Below, in pieces: positions 37,382 through 49,994 of a DNA stretch of 64,000 nucleotides. The stretch comes from Podarcis liolepis (taxonomy: Eukaryota): assembly GCA_965112155.1 (NCBI GenBank), contig OZ218109.1, one strand, 5' to 3'. The notes under the pieces were generated by a model. The model searched no databases, was not told where the DNA came from, and saw nothing but the letters and a program-made list of their open reading frames with translations. Made by a program: the position numbers and the translations under genes. The stretch's first letter is position 1, and every line of letters starts with the position of its first letter.

Positions 37382-37518
37382 CAGGCATAGACAAACTCAG
37401 CCCTCCATATGTTTTTGGGACTACAACTCCCATGATCCCTAGCTAACAGGACCAGTGGTCAGGGATGATGGGAATTGTAGTCCCAAAACATCTGGAGGGC
37501 CGAGTTTGCCTGTGCCTG
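37382..37518. mobile_element. hAT-type palindromic MITE
   Basis: TIR caggcatagacaaactc / gagtttgcctgtgcctg; near-TSD ctctaaac/ctctatgc; nearly identical to 54926-55060. Confidence 0.85.
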
Positions 37519-39299
37519 CTCTATGCGCCTAACGTGTTTTTCACGAGAACGCCTTTTCACACGTTAGGCTGAAATTCTCCCTTGAGCTTCCCCTGTCAAG
37601 ACGCTTGGCCCGGAGGACCTTCAGAGAGAGACAACATTGGAGACAAGTCTCGCTATCCCAGACACACAATGCCCCTTACCAACACGTGGCGCAAACAGCA
37701 GCAGCGAGGCGCATTTGACACCGCAGATAGAAAATGCCCTCTCGATCTTTACGCATCTGCGGCTTAACAACCCGCTTTCAGACCTCTCGGCTGCTGCTTG
37801 TGGCACCTGCTCCTTAATAAGGGATTGGATGGGAAAGAAAAGGGATAAAGCAGAGCCTTTTTACACCTCAGTTTTGGAAAAGTCTGAGCGCCCTCACACC
37901 TTTCCAAATGTTAAGCGTTTCCATCCTTCACCTGGAACGCCTATTATAAGATACATTCATTTGATTCCTGGTTTTCCACCCCGCTTTTTGCTTCAACAAC
38001 CCCGTTTCAATGGGTCCAGCGGTTCTGTCTGACTTTCTTCGCCCGAGAATGGCCAGAGGGGAAACGGACCGTGGCCTCTCCTCGTTTCCACCCCCCACCC
38101 TTGAGTTCGCGCAAGGAGAAAGATTGGAAGCCTATGGACGCCTCAAGATCCGCGGGGAGGAAATGTTCTGCCTATGTCCTTTTTGTCGACTTTGACGTGT
38201 ACGCTTGAGGCTTTGTTACAGCGGATGCTGGTTCCCCGGGGAAAACGGGACACTCCGCCTGCCCTCGCCTCCACCTGCCTCTCTTCCTCCTTAAAACCAG
38301 TCTAGAGGGTGACCGGGCTGCCAGCTTCCTCCTCTGTCGTCTCAGTGTTGCCCTTCAGTAGGGAAGAGAGAAGATGGAGTCAAAGTCACTGCCTGCCATT
38401 GGCTCCGCCTCTGGGCATCAGCCATCACTGGGCTTTAAACCTCAAGCGATGCTTTTTGAAAACAAGATCCCGCCCACCCCTTCTGCATTAAAGGCAAGTG
38501 ACTGTAGTTCAGTCGTAGAGCATCTGCTTCCCATGCAAAATATCCCAGGTTCAGTTTCACGCAGGACTGGAACCCTGGAATCTGTCTGTGTGGGACCATG
38601 CAGAACGAGAGGGGCCAAAAGGTCTGACTCGATATAAGGCAGCTTTCTAGGCTGAGAGAGGAGACAACCACGCCAACCCCAAGACCCAGGAACGCTGGAG
38701 GGTTGCCGTAAGAGACGCTCACTCCACACCTGCTAGACCAGGGCCATCACTTAAAAACGAAGTTTAAATGGCACTTTGGACTGACTTGGAATGGAAATGG
38801 AGGCTTGGCTTCCCACCCACCTCGCATTGCGTGTGAACTTGGATACGACTTAAATTTTGTGGGCTAAAGCTCCATTCAAGAAACGGCCAAGTTCCTTTAT
38901 TTTTTTAAAGAAAGATGTCATGTGTGTGTGGGCAACCTTTGAGGGTGGGTCCTGACACCCCAAGCCACCCACCTGTGGCTTCCCAGATGTTGTCGAACTC
39001 CAGCTCCAATCTGCCACAGGCTGCACGGTCCATGGTCAGGCATGATGGGGACTGGAGTCCAGCAAACATCTGGAGGGCCGCAGGATCCCACCCCACCCCC
39101 ACCCCTTGATCTGCGGGGACCGAAATGGCTTGGGCTGTCAACTCTTCCCTTTTCTTGCGAGCAATCCTATTGGGAATATGGGAATTTCCCTGTAAAAAAG
39201 GGAAACGTTGACAGCTATGCTCGGGACCCATCGGGCTCTTAAAAGGCCTTCGTGTAAACGCATCCTCTAAGACCGAGTTCTAACAGCAGCTCTTTGGAT

Positions 39300-40020
39300 G
39301 GTGGGTCAAAAAGCGGCGCGCTTGGAGTCCTGCTCAGGTGGGGGAGTCAGATAGGGATGCGCCTTACTTCCCTGAGTAGGGACGAAGGGCGCCCTTGCTC
39401 CTCCTGTTGCATGGGACCCTGGGCATCTACCCCAAAGCCGCCCCCCCCCCGGTGCCTGCTGCCCCCAAACCGTGCGCCCTGGCTCTGGCGCACTGAGAAG
39501 GGAAGCGCGCTCGTTTCCGCGCCGCCCCGGCGGGCCGCTCCCCCTTCCCTTGCCAAACCCGCCGGCCTCGATCTCCTCGGCTTTGGCGTCTCCGGCGACT
39601 TCAGCTGCTTCCCCCACCCCCTCCAGTAACCCGACGCTTCTCCTCCTCCTCCTCCTCCTCTTGCAGCGCCCGTCGAGTCCTCGGCGCCCCTGAAGCGCAA
39701 GAGCGCGCGCCTCCTTCGCCCCGGCTGACCAGACTCTCCTCAGCCCCGGCCGCCGGGCTGCCCGCGCGCCCTCCCCGCCACCATGAACACGATCGTCTTC
39801 AATAAGCTCAGCAGCCAAGTGCTCTTCGAAGACGCCGCCAAGGAAAGGGAGAGGAGCGGCAGCCGGCCTTACGCCGGGGTCTTGGACGTGTCCGCCCACC
39901 CGGAGGTCCTCATGCCTGACAGCCCGTCCATGAAAGACAACCTCAGCCTTCGACATAGGAGAACAGGGTAGGAGCCCCCAGGCCGATGGTTTGGAAGGCG
40001 AGGGGTGGGAGAGACGCAGC
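39300..40020. promoter_or_regulatory. Second CpG island over the MKX first coding exon
   Basis: High GC/CpG content around the acceptor (ctcctc)n ttgcag|39667 and the ATG at 39783. Confidence 0.7.
39783..39967 (+). CDS. MKX: Mohawk homeobox protein MKX, first coding exon (exon begins 39667 with 116 nt 5' UTR)
   Basis: Kozak gccaccATG and an in-frame upstream TGA at 39726. MNTIVFNKLSSQVLFED...KDNLSLRHRRTG matches the MKX N-terminus. Phase-2 donor GG|GTAGGA. Confidence 0.96.
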
Positions 40021-40845
40021 TCTGATCATGTGGGAAGCTTTGCATTGTTGGATTAATCCTAATTATGTTCCGCTTTTCAGCCGGACCTGAAAACAGTTCA
40101 GTTTCTCAAGGCAGCTCACAAATAACAATAAGCATAGGCTCTTTTTTGTTTTTTAACAATAACCAAAAAAATGTTGCCTTGTAGGAATTCAATCAAGCCC
40201 TTACTCGCCTGATCTAGTGCCTTTGTAAAACTTTGCCCCACAAACATTCCCTTTCTGAATAGCTAGGGCACTTTAAATAGCTACAGAGAACCCACCCCTC
40301 TTATGAGGACTTGTAAACAAATCCCCATGATTTGCATTTGCCTCCATTGATGTTTGTAAGATCCTAGTCCAAAGGTTTATGTAAAATCCCGCTGTGGTGT
40401 TCAGTGAAGCTGTCTCGCAGAAAGAAAGAAAATGTTTATGGTATTGCAGATAGTGGTGTAAAAATATTGGAGTGATTACAGACAAGTGTATCAAATTTAG
40501 GGCTTCATTTAGAAACCGGTTGCTCCCTGCATATGGTGTGAGTGTGAAAGAGAGGATTAGAGAGGGTGCTGTCTGAAAGTTAAGTAATTTAAGGGTAGAT
40601 TTAAATCCAAAACATGAAATCTGGAAGTAAGTAAACTCTAGTGATAAATTTAGAATTTATAGCAAAATACTAAGAGACAGGCCATGTGGTAAGCAGCAAA
40701 CCACCAATGGACAGTGTAATAGACAGTAACTGAACCAACTAACGAAAGAGTTCATTGGATTGAGGACATACCAACAGTGACTGACAAGATTATTGCTGTC
40801 TATAGTTCTTGCCGGGGTTTTTTAAATATAGAAAATGTATTTTGC

Positions 40846-41036
40846 AATAGGATCCAACTCCTAGGAGCCGAGGTCCCTTTGCTCCCCCAATAAAATATTG
40901 GGGGGCACTCCACCCCCCCAATTGATGGACATTACCATTCAAATGGTGTGTATGTGCCATGTCTTGTGATTGATGATGCAAGGTGGGGCTCAGCTGGGAC
41001 CCCACCCCCAATTATTTATTCAAGTTGGCAACCCTG
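40846..41036. mobile_element. hAT-type MITE
   Basis: Degenerate inverted ends (..ggatccaact / agttggcaaccctg) with perfect 8-bp TSD tattttgc (40838-45, 41037-44). Confidence 0.7.
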
Positions 41037-42070
41037 TATTTTGCAAAAGCATTGCTTACAGTGTATTACAAAAGTTTATTAAAAGTTGCCTTCTTCCAAA
41101 GAGGGGAACACAGGAGTAAGATTGTTTTGTATTAATTGCTACAACACCTATTGCATCCTTCTTCAATGTGGTGGCCTCGTGTTTTGGATTACAGTTCCCT
41201 TCAGTCCCAGCCAGCAAAGACTGACACGTTGGGATACACAATGTGCTTTTACCCAAGAATTCATCTGCTACACACTAAGGCTGAAATCCCAACTCCATTT
41301 ACCTGGGAGTAAGCCACACTGAATTCAGCAGATACAGTTAGGATAGCATTGAAAATCACATGCCCCAAATAACCCAGTTTTACTCTGCTTGCTCAGGGAC
41401 AGGCAGAAGGGAGAGAGGCACCCCCATTTCATCTTTCAGCAGCATAATTTTGGACACTCTTGTTTTTGCATGCAAGTTCCACTGAACAAAAGGTGAGAAG
41501 CCTGAGGATAAACATGTGTAAGCTCAGGCAGCGCATCTGTAGTCAAGCGATAACTCGATAAATTTAATACGGTGCTTAAGAGATGTCCAGAATGCTAAAG
41601 ACTGAAACAATATATTTTATAGCTGAGTTACCAATTTTAAAAGATTGCATCAGCTCATACTTCTAATAGCATTTCAGGTTGGCAAGAGGGTGATTGTGTT
41701 TCATCAAGATTTTATTTCCAGCTGATTCAGGCAGAATTAGATTTCAAATAAAGTGTTAGAAGGCAAAAAGCCCAAGAGGCTAAAAAAAAAAAAAAGGTGA
41801 GAACTGGGAATTTTGGGGAGGGGGGGACAGATATGGAACAAGCCGCAGATGTAGCCTGAGAGCAGCACCTTCTGGAAGTGATTTGGTATTACAATCTCAA
41901 GCCGCAAGTCATTAGGGTAGCAGAATGGGAAAAGGACAGATCTGACCCATGGAAGCTATCCTGCTCAGGTCCTAGTGAAATGAATCAGAGCCATGCTGTT
42001 GAGCAGCTTGAAGATATTAAAACAGGGCTTGTGTGCAGCAGAACATCCAGGTGGATTATTCCTCAGCCTA

Positions 42071-42072
<2 letters not shown>

Positions 42073-42111
<39 letters not shown>
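42073..42111. repeat. (GT)n microsatellite
   Basis: Visible directly in the sequence. Confidence 0.95.
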
Positions 42112-42112
<1 letters not shown>

Positions 42113-43514
42113 TTTTTCTACTTTGGCCATCAAAATATCCTTGGCTGGTTCTCTGTCAGGAACAAACTTCCCTTTGTCTCTAACCAGGTTGTGATTAGAT
42201 CTGAACTTGTGCATGCGGTTGTTTAGGGCACTATGGCTGAAATCCTATGCAAACTCCCGTGGGTATAAGTCCCACTGAACAATGCTCAAGACCGGGCTTG
42301 GCATTTGTTGAAATGTGCCAGAAAAACCAGCAGATGTCTAAAAAGGTTGTTAATACCTGTCATTGGATGGACTTCTGTTGGTGTAGGAATGTGCATTCAT
42401 TCCATCAAGCAAAACCTTCTCCTTCACCCAGTGAAAAGTTCCAGGTACAGCTCATTATCTGGTAACAGATATCACGTCTTCCATTATGAGTGTTTTATTA
42501 TCTGGAGCAGAGCTAAAATATTAATGGCCTATCATCACTGGATTGTGAGTGAAGGCCAAATTAATTCCACTTAAGATTGGCTTGATCTTGATGTGCAAAT
42601 TCCTGACATGTGAGGAAGGGTGGTGCTCTCGTGGCAACTAGACCATAAACAGATGTGTGCTTGGGAGCATTGGAGAGGAGCATGGGAAACGGACTGCTGC
42701 AACATGTTGAGTAATCCGATGTTCAGACGGCTTTAATACCAAAACAAGCTGGACTTGGATCTTCCTTTCCTGTTTTTAAAAAGTCTTGTTCTAACAGTCT
42801 GTGCTGATATTAATTGTAGATAACTGGGGGGACGTGAAAGGGACAGTGGCAGAGCTTCTGTCTGGAATTTAGCTTTTTTTTTTTTTTGGTAATTCATAAG
42901 CACCCAGCAATTTTTGCAATAAGCAATCTTCTACAGGAGGAAGGCTATGGTCAGGCTGGCCCTATTTTGGCTCCTTGAAGTTTTGCAGGACCCCTGCATT
43001 AGTTACAGTTACCCCTTCTACTCCTCTGACGAGGAGTGAACAAGCCCGCATCTTGGGAATGATCAAAACCGATTCTGCAGCCCTCACTGCAGGTTTGCTT
43101 GCCCAGTCTGATGCCTTCCTGGTGGTGTGGACTGCAACTCCCATCATGGGACCCCATCACGGTCCCAACCCTGCTGGCGAGGGCTGATGGGAGTCATAGT
43201 TCAAAACATCTGGAAGACACCAGGTTGGGGAACGCTGCTTTATATATCGCTCTGGAATGCATGCCTTGCTGCACACAGAACCCACCCAAGAACTTGAGCC
43301 CCAAGTGGGATGGTTTGAGGAGAATGCAAAGGACTGAATGCATCCCTGTGCTTCCACCTCTGGATTGGCACTTAACCATAACCAGTAAGCTGACTTTGCT
43401 CCCATTGCACTACCAGAGTAGTTTGTGTGCAGCAGCCCAGTGCTAGGTTCTTCCCATGCCTCTGTTGGTACATGCTTTCTTGTGCACCACTGATGGAGAG
43501 CCTTGGTGAGTGGG

Positions 43515-43905
43515 AGCAGCCGCCGAGACCACATAATACCAGTCTTGAAAGACTTACATTGGCTCCCAGTACGTTTCCGAGCACGATTCAAAGTCGTTCA
43601 GCCCGGACACTGAGATCCAGAGCTGAGGGCTTTCTGGCGATTCCCTCACTGCAAGAAGTAAGGTTACAGGGAACCAGGCAGAGGGCCTTCTCAGTAGTGG
43701 CGCGTGCCCTGTGGAACGCCCTCCCACCAGATGTCAAGGATATAAACAACTATCTGACGTATGGAAGACCTCTGAAGGCAGCCCTGTTTAGGGAAGTTTT
43801 TAATGATTGATGTTTTAATGTATTTTTAATATTCTGTTGGGAGCTGCGCAGAGTGGCTGGGGAAACCCAGCCAGATGGGCAAGGTATAAATAATAATAAA
43901 TAATA
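43515..43905 (+). mobile_element. L2 LINE 3' fragment with internal deletion
   Basis: RRDHIIPVLKDLHWLPVRFRARFK and RAFSVVARALWNALPPDVK...LKAALFREVF are L2 ORF2 C-terminal motifs, followed by a (TAA)n tail. Confidence 0.85.
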
Positions 43906-45269
43906 AGTCGTTGTTGTTGTTCTTGTTGTTGTTATATAAGGCAGAGTTGAAGGAATGGCCTGTGTGAGAGAGAAAGCGTTCATCAGCTGTGCTGTAGTCG
44001 CTTGCTCTGACTCCTGACTTACCTTCAGCTCTCTCCCCTCCCAAGGCTCACTAGGGGAATTCCCCTCAAAGTCTGCAGGCTCACCCAACATAAAAGAAGA
44101 GGCGAAAGAGTTATTTATGTCAAATACCAAGTGTTTTCTGTTAGCAAATACTGTTTTGTCTACCTCTTTAAGAATTATTATTTTAAATCGCTCTTCCAAG
44201 GTCAGGCAGCGTTTCAGCAGCTTCCTTACTCGGGGAAGGCTTGTTGTTTTCATAAGATGCTAAGAGACCATAGGCAGGCTCCAGAGCTGCAGTAGCAGAA
44301 CAGTTCAAGTTACTGAAGCCTTCAGCTTGGCAGGTCCTCTGCCTCTGGCCCCTGAGCGACGGCCTTGAATCTCGCTTGCTTATTGCAAACAAATGCAATG
44401 CGTACGTAAATATTCCTTAATGTCATTATGGTGTTCCATGCAGGCTAGGAAAAAGAAATAGAGATGTGGCAAGTCCTTCTCCACTTATTTGTGACTAGTG
44501 AGCACCTTTGGTGGGAAAACCTGAAAAATGCATACTTATGTATAATTTGCACATCCAGATTCTCACCTATTCCTTTAATGCATGAAGCAATTTAAAAGTG
44601 GGGTGGGTTTCTTTAGACCCTTGTAGAAACAATTCTTGTCTGCTTGTGGGCTTCTCAGAGATGTTTAGAAACATCTGGACCAGATGGAATTTTGGTCCGA
44701 TCAGCCAGGTTCTTTATGTTGCTTCCAAGGGTTGCTGGAAATAGTGTATAGTGGTAAGGATATCTGGGAGCTGCAAGTACTAACAGGCACTAACTAAAAG
44801 GCACTGAAATCCTGGGAGCAAGTCCGATTGAACACAGTGGGATTCACTTCTGAATCAACAGGGAGATTCATTTAGCTAAAGTCAGATGTGCTCCACTGAG
44901 AGCTATGGAACTGAAGTGGTCCATAAGTAAGGGCCCATCTGCCCTATACATTTAAAGCAGTATCATGCCGCTTCAAATAGGCCTTCAGGTGCCCTCTACC
45001 AGAGTTAAGTAAGCACAGGACTTGTACAGCATTTATCTCTTTTTCTCCAGCATCTTTTTCCATTTGGCATGGAGGATACCCCCGCCCCAAGACATTCCCC
45101 TTCACAAATCCCCAGTTTCCCCACCCTACATCTGATTTGGAGTTTGACTGCCTAGTGATTTTGTGCTATGGTGCTGAGAGTAAGGAATATAGGAGACAAC
45201 AGAGCATGCTGACAGGCCCACCTGGCTACAATCCTCTCAAACCTACCTCTTTCTCCTTGCACTGTGCAG

Positions 45270-45429
45270 CACCCGACAGAACAGTGGGAAAGTGAGGCAC
45301 AAGCGCCAAGCATTGCAGGACATGGCGCGGCCACTAAAACAGTGGTTGTACAAGCACCGAGACAACCCGTACCCCACTAAGACCGAGAAGATCTTGCTGG
45401 CTCTTGGCTCCCAGATGACTTTGGTGCAG
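45270..45429 (+). CDS. MKX: MKX coding exon 2 (TALE homeodomain N-terminal part)
   Basis: Acceptor tgtgcag|C, then TRQNSGKVRHKRQALQDMARPLKQWLYKHRDNPYPTKTEKILLALGSQMTLVQ with the PYP TALE loop. Donor CAG|GTAAGA. Not in the ORF track; read manually. Confidence 0.97.
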
Positions 45430-46077
45430 GTAAGAATGAGCTATGCCCTGTTACCTGTGTGACCCACACCATCTCTGAAGATGGGCTGGCCTGGTTGCCC
45501 TACTTGTACTGAGCATCTTCCGGCTAAACTAGGTGTGATTGCAGCAGATCTGCATGTTTTTAAACCAAGGTGTGACATAATCGCATTGGAGGCATCTCCC
45601 TATATCGCACTGCCCAAACTACATCCTCCTCAGCCAGGCTCAGATTTTGGAAGGGAGCTCAGGTGGGAGAAACAGATATTGGGTGGAGGATCACGAAAGG
45701 TGAGTCACAGCAGCTTTCGGCTCCCTTTGCAGGATTTCGGTTTGCCGGAACAAAGGGATTTCTTGGGAAAGGAGCAGGCACCTTCCTCCAGTGGTTTGCC
45801 TCTTCGTCCAGGCCCTTTTCTCCCAACCGAGCTCACGTCTCGTTTCAGATAAGAGAGACTGCAAGAAGGCCAGTTATATGAAGGGAAAGGCTTGTTACCG
45901 AGAGACAGCCCTACCTTTAAGCAGAGTGAGATGACCAACTTAGATGGCAGCAAGGCCTTGGGAGGAGAAATTGGTTTGTGTGTATCACGTGGCCTCTCTT
46001 GCCTAGGCTAACCTGCTGCCTTCAGGTGCAATGGAGGCTGCTCCCTCATCGCCAACATTGAAGGAAGATTCAAGAAA

Positions 46078-46263
46078 GAGGCTGTAGCTCAGTGGTGGAG
46101 CACGTGCTTTGCATGCAGAAGGTCCCAGGCTCAGTCCCCAACATCTCCAGGTCGGGCTGGGAGAGACCCCTGCCTGAAATCCTGGAGAGCTGCTGCCAGT
46201 CAGTGTTGACATTACTAGACTAGATGGGACAATGTTTTTACTGTGTATAAGGCAGCTTCTTAT
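46078..46263 (+). mobile_element. tRNA-Ala-like SINE
   Basis: gtagctcagtggtggagcacgtgctttgcatgcagaaggtcccaggctcagtcccc head followed by the body shared with 26282-26450. Confidence 0.75.
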
Positions 46264-48212
46264 ATCACCCATGCAAACCCATGCAACTGCTCCAGTCTGC
46301 AGAACTGGCATTGTTACAGGTTCCATGTAAAAACTGCTCTGCATTTGTGAGAAATCAATGTTTCGGTCCTACAGTACCCATACTTTGTGACTCCCTGCTT
46401 ATTGACATCAGGCCGGCAGCTTCCTCCACTCTTTTCAATGCCTGCTAAAAACATTTTTGTTTTGGCAAGCCTGTCCAGACATGTAAAAGGTTGGCATATG
46501 TTTTAATCTGGGTTTTAGCCTGTTGTTTGACTGTTTTTTTAAATGTTTCAAATAGTTATTTTAATCCAAATTTTATGGGTTTCTTCTTTGTGTAAACCAC
46601 TTTGAGGTTTTATTACAATCAGGCTTCTGTACATGAAATGGGGAGCACCATCTTATCCTTTGCTTCAGGCAGCAAAATTTCTTGGGTCAGTCCTGACAGT
46701 GCCTGGTACCCCCACACCCCTTTTAAAGGCAAAGATCGAGGGGTTCCTGGAGGACAAAGTTGCCTTCCGCAACTAGGTAATGATAGCACAAAGTTCATGG
46801 CGGCCTTTCTGGAACACCCTTCGCAAAACACTGTCCAGCCTCCATTCATTTTAGGAGAACTTGGGTTAGAGAGCACTTAAGGGCCAAAGTTTTTTGAACC
46901 GTGCCTTCTTGACTTCTCAGGGATTATGTACTTCAGAAATGAAATGGCATGTTTGGTAAAAGAACACTTCCTTTGTTGTCTGCAGATCTGTCTTGGTTGA
47001 CATGTAGTCCAAAAGCAAAAAAAAAGAATTAATATCAAAAAAATTATAATCCAGATGCTCCTTCCACACTTTGCCCAGAAATGCTCTCACATCTGCATGA
47101 AAGCACATCATTCAAGGGAAAGGAAAGAATGAAGTTGTGGTCCAGAGCAGATTGCTGCTTACAAAGAACTGATCCTCCGAGACACACAGGCAGGGGCACT
47201 ATCACAAATCACACCGGAGTGATTGCAGAACAGCCCCACTGCAGTCAAACTGACTCAAATTGACAGTGATGTATCTGTGAGAACTAGGTCATGTTTTCAC
47301 ATCTACTTGGAAAAATTCGTTTCTTGTTCCCAAAAGCTGCACACTCCAGATTATCAAATATTGCTGCATAACTGGCTTTAATCTAGCACTGTAAAGTGCC
47401 AGAACATTTCTGGAGGAGACCAAAATAAAATGTGTTTTCCTGATTTGTATTTCCTAGGCTTACATTCCTGAAGCTTAGATTGGCCTCCTCCTTTTCACAT
47501 CAATCTGTCCAATTCCTTAACACTTGCTGTGTTCCTTTTATTCAGTCCTGCCGTCCTTGTGTTTGAGCCACAGCTTTATGTTAAGTTGTTCTGTCAAGCC
47601 TTCCCTTCATCACAGTATCTTTGTTTGTTCCATGCATACCACTTCAAGAAGTGTTTGCTAACAATTAAAAGCTGGGCAGCCAAAAAATTGATTTGATGAA
47701 TCATGTTAGTTTTTAGCCAATTAACTGGTTACACCTGCGCATATTTGCATATAAAGAAAAATATCGTTTTAATATTTAGAGACTGTGAGTGTGGTCTTCG
47801 GGGACATTTCCACTTCTGCCTTGCGCAGGACAAAATTACTCAGATAATAGGGTGGCTGCTTAGACACTGATAATTGGCACAACAAAAAATTGCAAGAGGA
47901 TGCAGATTATGTAACATCTGTATATGGTAATTTATATGGGTGGTGTGCAAATAAATAAATCTACTACTGCAAGGACCTTCGGCTGTGCAAAGGAAATTCC
48001 TCTCATTGTGTCTGGTGACACCTAAATTGGTTACAGGGTTTCCACCAGTCCTCTGAGGCACATTTGGGGAGGGCATCTGGAAAGGGAGAAGTTAGGATGT
48101 GCACGAAGAAAGCCTTGGGCTAGCGGATCTATTTAGATACTGCCCTGCGCATAGATCCAAATTTAGAAATAATGACTGTAAATTAAATAGATATACATCT
48201 TCCCATAGTGGA

Positions 48213-48290
48213 GAATCATAGAAATGTAGAATTGGAAGGAACCCCAGAGGTCATCTAATCCAACCCCCTGCAGTGCAGGAATCATAGCTA
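48213..48290 (-). mobile_element. CR1 3' terminal stub
   Basis: agaatcatagaaatgtagaattggaagga...gtcatctaatccaaccccctgcagtgcagg. Confidence 0.75.
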
Positions 48291-49026
48291 AACTGCATGT
48301 GCATGTGTTTGTTTCATGTAATACATGCATGCAGAAAATGAGATTCCCGGTGCGTACGACTGTTGTTCCAGATACAACATTGTGACCAGGTGACCTGTGT
48401 GCCTACTCAGTCTGCCATCCAGGTGTTAACCATTGATGGTCAACTTCAAGGCCTTTCCTGCTCTCCCATCTAGTGGCACTTTATCATTAAAGCAGACATG
48501 GACTGCACAGGCCTTCAAAGTGAGCAAGGTCTTCAAACAGCGAACATTATCTGGCAGCCCTTCAAACGGAGGACTTGTCATCTATCAGCTAGGATGCAAG
48601 GCCACCCTTTCTTTACAGTGTAGCTTGTCTTGTTATTGCATTATGGTGGCTTTTAAAAACTACTCAACTGGGGAAATGTTTCTCGTCAAATCAAGATGTG
48701 TTGAATCAATTAAATGTAGTAAGCCTACTTAAAAGATGCGCTCTCCTCTCACCCTGCCTGCGGCCTCTCTTCTCTTCTGTGCTGAGTACTTTTGGCTGTT
48801 TCCTCTGTCCGTATCGTCCCTGCATCCCCAAGGTTTTTATTTTTTGCCTTCTGCTTAACGCTTGCTTCAGTTCTATCTACATCAACACACACACATACAT
48901 ACCAAACCAGTTCTCATGCACCAAGGAAAATCCTGCAGAAAGTTAAAATAGTGTTTCGCACTTCCCTGAGTGGAGGAAGTTTTACAGTTAGGGAGGTGTG
49001 TGTGTGTGTGTGTGTGTGTTTATGAG

Positions 49027-49313
49027 GAATCATAGAGTCTTACAGTTGGGAGGGACCCTGAGGATCATCTAGCACAGCCTTTCTCAACCTGTGGGTCTCC
49101 AGTTGTTGTTGAACTACAACTCCCATGACCCCTAGCTAGCAAGGCCAGAGTTCAGGGATGATGGGAGTTGTAGTCCAACAACATCTGGGGACCCACAGGT
49201 TGAGAACTGCTGATCTAGCACAACCCTCTGCAATGCAGGTGTTCTGTGTGGGGATCGATCCTGCAATCTTGACATTATCAGCACCACACTCCAACCAACT
49301 GAGCTATCCAGGC
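49027..49313 (-). mobile_element. tRNA(Ile-like)-head SINE with CR1-type tail, interrupted by a MITE
   Basis: The reverse strand reads gcctggatagctcagttggttggagtgtggtgctgataatgtcaag...ggatcgatcccc, then the CR1-type tail ctgcattgcagagggttg..ctagatgatcctcagggtccc..ctatgattc. Confidence 0.7.
49075..49212. mobile_element. hAT-type palindromic MITE
   Basis: TIR cagc..ttctcaacctgtggg and perfect 8-bp TSD atctagca (49067-74, 49213-20). Confidence 0.9.
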
Positions 49314-49751
49314 CCCCGAGGAAGTACTGTACTAGATACGTATGTTTGCATGGCATGTTTGCAGTATTGATTTCTTTTAACTGTACAAGCCCAGAAAGGG
49401 GGACTAGGCAAGCACGCAGACAAGTGCTTAGCTGTAAAAGTGCCATTAGTTCTCCCCAAACCAACAGTGTGCCTTTTGGAAGACCCCCTGGTTCCTTTTC
49501 ACCAGCCAAATGTAAAATTTTTTTGGCTCCTGTTGGCTCTCAAATTGTTTCCCTTAGCCCCAGCCAAGTAGATGGAAGGTGTCCAGTGACCACTAGCCAC
49601 CAACCGCATGACTTGGTCCACTTAGCGGGGTGTGGAAGCCTGGCCAGTGGGCGAAGGGAGAGGTGTGGGGTGGTGATGTGTCCTATTTTATATAGGGCAG
49701 TCCTCTGCTGTGCAGTCCAAGTCTGGTTTAAAGAGGAAGTACTATAAGAAG

Positions 49752-49994
49752 CTCCTGCCAACCTAGCAGTTCAAAAGCACATCAAAGTGCAAGTAGATAA
49801 ATAGGTACCGCTCCGGCGGAAAGGTAAACGGCATTTCCGTGCGCTGCTCTGGTTCGCCAGAAGCGCTTAGTCATGCTGGAGACATGACCCGGAAGCTGTA
49901 CGCCAGCTCCCTCGGGCAATAGAGCGAGATGAGCACCGCAACCCCAGAGTCATCCGCGACTGGACCTAATAATAGTCAGGGGTCCCTTTACCTT
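49752..49994 (+). mobile_element. 5'-truncated Sauria SINE
   Basis: ctcctgccaacctagcagtt...gtgcaagtagataaataggtacc...gtcaggggtccctttaccttt with the (ACCTTT)n tail typical of the family. 12-bp TSD tactataagaag. Confidence 0.85.

Noticed and set aside
39306-39956. 216-aa minus-strand ORF antisense to the MKX first coding exon
   Set aside because: GC-rich shadow ORF with no domain or splice support.
46078-46150. tRNA-Ala-like gene (also tRNA-like heads at 26282, 38499, 49313, 22571)
   Set aside because: The T-arm/B box is degenerate and runs into a repeated SINE body; these are SINE heads, not tRNA genes.
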